A stretch of 32,452 bases of DNA from a virus. Taxonomy: Duplodnaviria > Heunggongvirae > Uroviricota > Caudoviricetes. A program made the translations under genes and the position numbers. The DNA lies in IMG/VR virus record IMGVR_UViG_2568526722_000001; one strand, given 5' to 3'. Within the stretch, counting starts at the first letter, position 1. Every line of letters begins with the position of its first letter. Shown here one piece after another: positions 26,199 to 32,452 of the stretch. Under the pieces are notes generated by a model, which searched no databases, was not told the DNA's origin, and worked only from the letters and a program-made list of their open reading frames with translations.

Positions 26199-26420
26199 AT
26201 GATTGCACATCACTTCGGAACTGATGAAATACCACGTCAGTGTGTGACTCCTGGCGATTATGTTCTTCATGAAGGCCGGACATATATTGCCTCGGCAAAC
26301 AATATTAAAAAGCGAAAACTATATATTCGTAACCTGACCACAAAAACATGCATTACTGACCGCATGATTAAAGTCTTCCTCGGTCGTGATGGTTTACCTG
26401 TAAAGGCGGAGTCATGGTGA
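26199..26420 (+). CDS. kilR: Cell-division inhibitor KilR
   Basis: 73 aa, [73 protein letters not shown], matching K-12 KilR from memory. GGAG Shine-Dalgarno 6 nt upstream. Confidence 0.85.
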   Translation: MIAHHFGTDEIPRQCVTPGDYVLHEGRTYIASANNIKKRKLYIRNLTTKTCITDRMIKVFLGRDGLPVKAESW

Positions 26421-26590
26421 TGACTAAGAAAATAAAATGTGCTTACCACCTTTGCAAAAAAGACGTTGAAGAAAGCAAAGCTATTGAAAGAATGCTTCAC
26501 TTCATGCACGGGATTTTATCAAAAGACGAACCGAGAAAATATTGCAGTGAAGCTTGTGCCGAAAAAGACCAGATGGCACATGAACTTTAA
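26420..26590 (+). CDS. ydaE: Small cysteine-containing protein YdaE-like (56 aa)
   Basis: The ATG overlaps the last base of the kilR stop. Product [56 protein letters not shown] (a CxxC...CxxxC pattern). Below the ORF-track length cutoff, so hand-translated. Confidence 0.6.
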   Translation: MTKKIKCAYHLCKKDVEESKAIERMLHFMHGILSKDEPRKYCSEACAEKDQMAHEL

Positions 26591-26664
26591 TTAATTGACT
26601 ATTCGAAACTGAATTTATGCCAGAAATGGCAGGTATTCGCTCAACCTTAATTAAGGAGAAAAAC

Positions 26665-26940
26665 ATGATTACCAATTATGAAGCCACTGTTGTAACTACC
26701 GATGACATTGTTCACGAGGTGAATCTGGAAGGAAAGCGCATTGGCTACGTAATTAAAACAGAAAATAAAGAAACCCCATTCACTGTGGTTGATATCGATG
26801 GTCCATCAGGCAACGTAAAAACACTTGATGAAGGTGTCAAAAAAATGTGCCTGGTGCATATCGGAAAGAATCTGCCCGCAGAAAAAAAAGCCGAATTTCT
26901 GGCAACTCTAATTGCAATGAAATTAAAAGGTGAAATCTGA
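26665..26940 (+). CDS. racC: RacC
   Basis: 91 aa from MITNYEATVVTTDDIVHEVNLEGKRIGYVIK..., with AAGGAG before the ATG. It lies directly upstream of recE, as in Rac. Confidence 0.8.
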   Translation: MITNYEATVVTTDDIVHEVNLEGKRIGYVIKTENKETPFTVVDIDGPSGNVKTLDEGVKKMCLVHIGKNLPAEKKAEFLATLIAMKLKGEI

Positions 26941-26945
26941 AAGAA

Positions 26946-26970
26946 ATAGCCTGCGTATGGCGCAGGCTAT
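26946..26970 (+). promoter_or_regulatory. Perfect 10-bp stem hairpin between racC and recE (candidate attenuator/terminator)
   Basis: atagcctgcg tatgg cgcaggctat. There is no clear U-tract, so function as a terminator is an inference. Confidence 0.35.
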
Positions 26971-27041
26971 GAACAGTGTGTATCCGGCAAGATCATTCAC
27001 TGAACAAAACGAATTTTAATCTGAGTTGAGGTTAAAAAACA

Positions 27042-29642
27042 ATGAGCACAAAACCACTCTTCCTGTTACGGAAAGCGAAAAAATCATCCGGTGAACCTGA
27101 CGTCGTCCTGTGGGCAAGCAACGATTTTGAATCGACCTGTGCCACTCTGGACTACCTGATCGTTAAGTCAGGTAAAAAACTGAGCAGCTATTTTAAAGCT
27201 GTTGCCACGAATTTTCCTGTCGTTAATGACCTGCCCGCTGAAGGTGAGATCGATTTTACCTGGAGTGAACGCTATCAACTCAGCAAAGACTCCATGACAT
27301 GGGAACTAAAACCGGGAGCAGCACCAGACAACGCTCACTATCAAGGCAATACCAACGTCAACGGCGAAGACATGACTGAGATTGAGGAGAATATGCTACT
27401 CCCAATTTCTGGCCAGGAACTGCCCATTCGTTGGCTTGCTCAACACGGCAGCGAAAAACCGGTAACGCACGTTTCACGCGACGGACTCCAGGCATTACAC
27501 ATTGCTCGGGCTGAAGAACTACCGGCTGTTACTGCCCTGGCTGTTTCCCACAAAACCAGCCTGCTCGACCCGCTGGAAATTCGCGAACTCCACAAACTGG
27601 TTCGTGACACTGACAAAGTTTTCCCTAATCCTGGTAATTCAAACCTGGGACTGATAACTGCTTTTTTCGAAGCATACCTGAACGCTGACTACACCGATCG
27701 AGGACTGCTGACAAAAGAGTGGATGAAGGGTAATCGTGTTTCACACATCACTCGCACGGCTTCCGGTGCTAATGCTGGCGGCGGAAACCTCACCGATCGC
27801 GGCGAAGGTTTCGTACACGATCTGACGTCACTGGCGCGCGACGTAGCCACTGGCGTACTGGCCCGTTCAATGGATCTGGACATCTATAACCTTCATCCGG
27901 CACACGCTAAACGCATTGAGGAAATTATCGCTGAAAATAAACCGCCCTTTTCTGTTTTCCGCGACAAATTCATCACCATGCCTGGCGGGCTGGATTATTC
28001 CCGCGCCATCGTGGTTGCGTCCGTAAAAGAAGCACCAATTGGGATCGAGGTCATCCCCGCGCACGTCACTGAATATCTGAACAAAGTACTGACTGAAACC
28101 GATCATGCCAACCCTGATCCGGAAATCGTGGATATTGCCTGCGGTCGCTCCTCTGCCCCGATGCCGCAGCGAGTAACAGAAGAAGGAAAACAGGATGATG
28201 AAGAAAAACCGCAACCATCTGGAACAACGGCAGTTGAACAGGGAGAGGCTGAAACAATGGAACCGGACGCAACTGAACATCATCAGGACACGCAGCCGCT
28301 GGATGCTCAGTCACAGGTAAATTCTGTTGATGCGAAATATCAGGAACTGCGGGCAGAACTCCATGAAGCCAGAAAAAACATTCCATCAAAAGATCCTGTC
28401 GATGCCGATAAATTGCTTGCTGCATCACGTGGTGAATTTGTTGACGGAATTAGCGACCCGAACGATCCGAAATGGGTAAAGGGGATCCAGACTCGCGATT
28501 CTGTGTACCAGAACCAGCCAGAAACGGAAATAATCAGCCCGGATGCGAAACAACCTGAGCCAGTAGTGCAACAGGAACAGGAAATAGTCTGCAATGCCTG
28601 CGGTCAGACTGGCGGGGATAACTGCCCTGACTGTGGTGCGGTGATGGGCGACGCAACATACCAGGAAACATTCGGTGAAGAGAATCAGGTTGAAGCTAAG
28701 GAAAAAGATCCGGAGGAAATGGAAGGCGCTGAACATCCGCACAATGAGAATGCTGGCAGCGATCCGCATCGCGATTGCAGTGATGAAACTGGCGAAGTCG
28801 CAGATCCCGTAATCGTAGAAGACATAGAGCCCGGTATTTATTACGGAATTTCGAATGAGAATTACCACGCGGGTCCCGGTGTCAGTAAGTCTCAGCTCGA
28901 TGACATTGCTGATACTCCGGCACTGTATTTGTGGCGTAAAAATGCCCCCGTGGACACTACAAAGACAAAAACGCTCGATTTAGGAACCGCTTTCCACTGC
29001 CGGGTACTTGAACCGGAAGAATTTAGTAACCGCTTTATCGTAGCACCTGAATTTAACCGCCGTACAAACGCCGGAAAAGAAGAAGAGAAAGCGTTTCTGA
29101 TGGAATGCGCAAGCACAGGAAAAACGGTTATCACTGCGGAAGAAGGCCGGAAAATTGAACTCATGTATCAAAGCGTTATGGCTTTGCCGCTGGGGCAATG
29201 GCTTGTTGAAAGCGCCGGACACGCTGAATCATCAATTTACTGGGAAGATCCGGAAACAGGAATTTTGTGTCGGTGCCGTCCGGACAAAATTATTCCTGAA
29301 TTTCACTGGATCATGGACGTGAAAACCACAGCGGATATTCAACGATTCAAAACGTCTTATTACGACTACCGCTATCACGTTCAGGATGCATTCTACAGTG
29401 ACGGTTATGAAGCACAGTTTGGTGTGCAGCCAACTTTCGTTTTTCTGGTTGCCAGCACAACTGTTGAATGCGGACGTTATCCGGTTGAGATTTTCATGAT
29501 GGGCGAAGAAGCAAAACTGGCAGGCCAGCAGGAATATCACCGCAATCTGCGGACCCTGGCTGACTGCCTAAATACCGATGAATGGCCAGCTATTAAGACG
29601 TTATCACTGCCCCGCTGGGCTAAGGAGTATGCAAATGACTAA
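27042..29642 (+). CDS. recE: Exodeoxyribonuclease VIII (RecE)
   Basis: 866 aa, directly upstream of and overlapping recT. The N-terminus ([41 protein letters not shown]) and the length match K-12 RecE. Confidence 0.9.
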   Translation: MSTKPLFLLRKAKKSSGEPDVVLWASNDFESTCATLDYLIVKSGKKLSSYFKAVATNFPVVNDLPAEGEIDFTWSERYQLSKDSMTWELKPGAAPDNAHYQGNTNVNGEDMTEIEENMLLPISGQELPIRWLAQHGSEKPVTHVSRDGLQALHIARAEELPAVTALAVSHKTSLLDPLEIRELHKLVRDTDKVFPNPGNSNLGLITAFFEAYLNADYTDRGLLTKEWMKGNRVSHITRTASGANAGGGNLTDRGEGFVHDLTSLARDVATGVLARSMDLDIYNLHPAHAKRIEEIIAENKPPFSVFRDKFITMPGGLDYSRAIVVASVKEAPIGIEVIPAHVTEYLNKVLTETDHANPDPEIVDIACGRSSAPMPQRVTEEGKQDDEEKPQPSGTTAVEQGEAETMEPDATEHHQDTQPLDAQSQVNSVDAKYQELRAELHEARKNIPSKDPVDADKLLAASRGEFVDGISDPNDPKWVKGIQTRDSVYQNQPETEIISPDAKQPEPVVQQEQEIVCNACGQTGGDNCPDCGAVMGDATYQETFGEENQVEAKEKDPEEMEGAEHPHNENAGSDPHRDCSDETGEVADPVIVEDIEPGIYYGISNENYHAGPGVSKSQLDDIADTPALYLWRKNAPVDTTKTKTLDLGTAFHCRVLEPEEFSNRFIVAPEFNRRTNAGKEEEKAFLMECASTGKTVITAEEGRKIELMYQSVMALPLGQWLVESAGHAESSIYWEDPETGILCRCRPDKIIPEFHWIMDVKTTADIQRFKTSYYDYRYHVQDAFYSDGYEAQFGVQPTFVFLVASTTVECGRYPVEIFMMGEEAKLAGQQEYHRNLRTLADCLNTDEWPAIKTLSLPRWAKEYAND

Positions 29643-30468
29643 GCAACCACCTATCGCAAAAGCCGATCTGCAAAAAACTCAGGGAAACCGTGCACCAGCA
29701 GCAGTTAACGATAAGGATGTGCTGTGCGTGATTAACAGCCCGGCAATGAAAGCGCAACTGGCAGCAGCTCTGCCACGTCACATGACAGCGGAACGCATGA
29801 TCCGCATTGCTACAACAGAAATCCGTAAAGTACCGGAACTAAGAAACTGTGACTCGACGAGTTTTATCGGTGCCATCGTACAGTGTTCACAGCTCGGACT
29901 TGAGCCAGGTAGCGCCCTCGGTCATGCATATCTGCTACCGTTCGGCAACGGAAAAGCAAAAAACGGTAAGAAGAACGTACAGCTGATCATCGGTTATCGC
30001 GGCATGATCGACCTTGCCCGTCGATCAGGTCAAATCATCAGTCTGTCAGCTCGTGTTGTCCGTGAATGTGATGAATTCAGCTATGAACTTGGCCTTGATG
30101 AAAAACTGGTTCATCGTCCCGGTGAAAACGAAGATGCCCCTATAACCCATGTCTATGCTGTTGCAAAACTGAAAGACGGAGGAGTGCAGTTTGAAGTCAT
30201 GACCCGCAAACAAGTAGAAAAAGTTCGCGACACACACAGCAAGGCGGCAAAAAACGCAGCGTCAAAAGGGGCGTCGTCCATCTGGGATGAACACTTTGAA
30301 GACATGGCCAAAAAGACAGTGATACGAAAACTGTTCAAGTATCTGCCGGTATCTATTGAAATCCAGCGTGCAGTATCGATGGATGGAAAAGAGGTGGAAA
30401 CAATTAATCCAGACGACATATCGGTTATAGCCGGGGAATACAGTGTAATCGATAATCCAGAAGAATAA
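29635..30468 (+). CDS. recT: Single-strand annealing recombinase RecT
   Basis: [18 protein letters not shown]... with GGAG upstream. It overlaps the recE 3' end by 8 nt, the canonical recET arrangement. Confidence 0.9.
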   Translation: MTKQPPIAKADLQKTQGNRAPAAVNDKDVLCVINSPAMKAQLAAALPRHMTAERMIRIATTEIRKVPELRNCDSTSFIGAIVQCSQLGLEPGSALGHAYLLPFGNGKAKNGKKNVQLIIGYRGMIDLARRSGQIISLSARVVRECDEFSYELGLDEKLVHRPGENEDAPITHVYAVAKLKDGGVQFEVMTRKQVEKVRDTHSKAAKNAASKGASSIWDEHFEDMAKKTVIRKLFKYLPVSIEIQRAVSMDGKEVETINPDDISVIAGEYSVIDNPEE

Positions 30469-30512
30469 TCCAGCCTGGCGGTGTAATGCACCGCCAACGT
30501 GAGATAGTTTTT

Positions 30513-30719
30513 ATGACAAAAACTTTGAGATATGACGATGTTAAACCATGTCCGTTTTGTGGTTGTCCATCAGTAACGGTGAAAGACATTTCAGGATATT
30601 ACCGGGCAAAATGCAACGGATGCGAATCCCGAACTGGCTATGGTGGAAGTGAAAAAGAAGCGCTCGAAAGATGGAATAAACGAACCACTGAAAATATTAA
30701 TGGAGGCGTTCATGTATAA
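30513..30719 (+). CDS. ralR: RalR (Lar) restriction-alleviation protein / type I toxin
   Basis: ...RYDDVKPCPFCGCPSVTVKDISGYYRAKCNGCESRTGYGGSEKEALERWNKRTT... The 64-aa core matches K-12 RalR. The start may instead be the TTG at 30525. Confidence 0.7.
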   Translation: MTKTLRYDDVKPCPFCGCPSVTVKDISGYYRAKCNGCESRTGYGGSEKEALERWNKRTTENINGGVHV

Positions 30720-30900
30720 AATTACCGCTACAATTGAAAAGGAAGGTGGCACTCCTACTAACTGGACAAGATATTCAAAATCTAAACTAACGAAATCAGA
30801 ATGCGAAAAAATGCTCTCAGGTAAAAAAGAAGCAGGCGTTTCCAGAGAGCAGAAAGTAAAACTGATAAATTTTAATTGCGAGAAACTTCAGTCCTCGTGA
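30712..30900 (+). CDS. ydaC: YdaC-like small protein
   Basis: MYKITATIEKEGGTPTNWTRYSKSKLTKSECEKMLSGKKEAGVSREQKVKLINFNCEKLQSS, with GGAGG upstream of the ATG. It overlaps the ralR stop. Confidence 0.6.
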   Translation: MYKITATIEKEGGTPTNWTRYSKSKLTKSECEKMLSGKKEAGVSREQKVKLINFNCEKLQSS

Positions 30901-30999
30901 ATTGCATTGTATTCAAATTAAAACTTCATAGCTGATTATTAATAATCAACATCAGGCGTCAATTTCAGTCTAACATTGGCGCCTGCCAGAGGTGATGCG

Positions 31000-31215
31000 A
31001 TGGCACAAGTAATCTTTAATGAAGAGTGGATGGTTGAATACGGCCTGATGCTTCGCACTGGTCTGGGGGCCAGACAAATTGAAGCATACCGCCAGAACTG
31101 TTGGGTGGAGGGCTTCCACTTCAAACGAGTATCTCCTTTAGGTAAGCCAGACAGCAAACGAGGGATTATCTGGTACAACTATCCAAAGATAAATCAGTTT
31201 ATCAAAGACTCATGA
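31000..31215 (+). CDS. xisR: Excisionase XisR (YdaQ)
   Basis: 71 aa from [44 protein letters not shown]... It lies immediately upstream of the integrase. Confidence 0.75.
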   Translation: MAQVIFNEEWMVEYGLMLRTGLGARQIEAYRQNCWVEGFHFKRVSPLGKPDSKRGIIWYNYPKINQFIKDS

Positions 31216-31216
31216 T

Positions 31217-32452
31217 ATGTCTAAATTACCAACAGGTGTCGAGATTAGAGGTAGAAACATTCGCATCTGGTTCATGTTTCGAGGAAAACGATGTCGGGAA
31301 ACATTAAAAGGCTGGGAGATTACAAACAGTAATATTAAAAAAGCCGGAAATTTAAGAGCGCTGATAGTTCATGAAATAAACTCCGGTGAATTTGAGTATT
31401 TAAGACGTTTTCCCCAGTCCAGCACTGGGGCAAAAATGGTGACAACGAGAGTCATAAAAACGTTCGGGGAGCTTTGTGATATCTGGACAAAAATTAAAGA
31501 GACAGAGTTAACAACAAATACAATGAAGAAAACGAAATCACAATTAAAAACACTCAGAATAATAATTTGTGAAAGTACCCCGATATCATATATTCGTTAT
31601 AGCGATATCTTAAACTACCGGAATGAACTGCTGCATGGAGAAACGCTTTACCTGGATAATCCAAGATCCAACAAAAAAGGAAGAACCGTGCGCACAGTTG
31701 ATAACTATATCGCCCTGCTCTGTTCTTTGTTACGTTTTGCTTATCAGTCGGGATTTATATCAAACAAACCATTTGAAGGAGTAAAAAAATTACAGCGAAA
31801 CAGAATAAAGCCAGATCCGTTATCTAAAACAGAATTCAATGCATTAATGGAAAGTGAAAAAGGACAGAGCCAGAACTTGTGGAAATTTGCCGTTTACTCC
31901 GGGCTTCGTCACGGGGAACTGGCAGCTCTGGCGTGGGAGGATGTGGATTTCGAGAAGGGAACTGTGAATGTCAGAAGAAACCTGACGATACTGGATATGT
32001 TCGGTCCCCCAAAAACAAATGCCGGGATCCGGACGGTAACATTACTACAGCCAGCTCTTGAAGCACTGAAGGAGCAATACAAACTGACCGGGCATCATCG
32101 CAAAAGCGAAATCACTTTTTATCATCGGGAGTACGGCAGAACCGAAAAGCAAAAACTGCATTTTGTTTTCATGCCCAGGATGTGTAACGGAAAACAGAAA
32201 CCTTATTACTCGGTAAGCAGTTTGGGTGCGAGATGGAATGCAGCAGTAAAACGTGCTGGTATTCGCCGCCGTAATCCGTACCATACGCGACATACTTTTG
32301 CCTGCTGGCTGTTGACGGCAGGAGCGAACCCGGCATTTATAGCCAGCCAGATGGGGCATGAAACTGCGCAGATGGTGTATGAAATTTACGGTATGTGGAT
32401 TGATGACATGAACGACGAACAGGTAGCTATGTTGAATGCGCGGTTATCGTAG
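31217..32452 (+). CDS. intR: Tyrosine integrase IntR
   Basis: 411 aa. The C-terminal catalytic region carries an R...HxxR...Y pattern (RHGELAALAWEDVD; HTRHTFACWLL; MVYEIYGMWIDD). The window ends exactly at its stop codon. Confidence 0.9.
   Translation: MSKLPTGVEIRGRNIRIWFMFRGKRCRETLKGWEITNSNIKKAGNLRALIVHEINSGEFEYLRRFPQSSTGAKMVTTRVIKTFGELCDIWTKIKETELTTNTMKKTKSQLKTLRIIICESTPISYIRYSDILNYRNELLHGETLYLDNPRSNKKGRTVRTVDNYIALLCSLLRFAYQSGFISNKPFEGVKKLQRNRIKPDPLSKTEFNALMESEKGQSQNLWKFAVYSGLRHGELAALAWEDVDFEKGTVNVRRNLTILDMFGPPKTNAGIRTVTLLQPALEALKEQYKLTGHHRKSEITFYHREYGRTEKQKLHFVFMPRMCNGKQKPYYSVSSLGARWNAAVKRAGIRRRNPYHTRHTFACWLLTAGANPAFIASQMGHETAQMVYEIYGMWIDDMNDEQVAMLNARLS

Noticed and set aside
27689-30497. 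Multiple antisense or alternative-frame ORFs within recE and recT
   Set aside because: They lie inside the long, well-supported recE/recT reading frames. recE is GC-rich with long open antisense frames by chance.
1-32452. tRNA, rRNA, IS elements or attachment-site repeats
   Set aside because: I saw no cloverleaf-like tRNA candidates, no transposase-like ORFs and no terminal inverted repeats. The window ends exactly at the integrase stop, so attL/attR would lie outside it. This is a visual scan only; a tRNA-finder or IS search would be needed for certainty.

Overview
The window is a lambdoid, Rac-like prophage of Escherichia coli, read in reverse orientation relative to its late operon. All calls rest on reading the six-frame translations and the DNA by eye against remembered lambda and E. 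coli K-12 Rac proteins; no searches or computations were run, and hand-indexed coordinates may be off by 1-2 nt. Right to left on the minus strand: Cro/CII-like ydaS-ydaT, replication genes (ydaU-like, DnaC-like ydaV), a nin-like region, antiterminator Q, a lambda-like lysis cassette (holin, R endolysin, Rz/Rz1), the trkG potassium-transporter moron, a ParB-like gene, terminase small and large subunits, portal, head-morphogenesis protein, then directly a tape-measure protein and minor tail proteins M and L. No major capsid, tail-tube or tail-chaperone genes are present, so the element looks defective. On the plus strand at the right end is the early-left block: racR repressor, ydaG/ydaF, kilR, ydaE, racC, recE, recT, ralR, ydaC, xisR and intR (sieB lies antisense within it). 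The most interesting region is an AT-rich insertion at about 17.2-20.65 kb carrying a Hok-family toxin gene and, divergently, a two-gene cassette: an ABC-ATPase with a TOPRIM-like C-terminus (OLD/Gabija-GajA-like) followed by a Dcm-type cytosine-5 DNA methyltransferase and an intrinsic terminator. I know of no characterised defence system with this pairing, so it is the best candidate for an undescribed restriction-modification-like or abortive-infection module. Other points worth follow-up are a membrane-protein moron between Q and the holin bracketed by two terminators, three copies of a 19-bp palindrome in the replication region, phased TGCGCA/T-tract repeats inside the small terminase gene, and a ParB-like plus DxD-motif protein pair next to the packaging genes.
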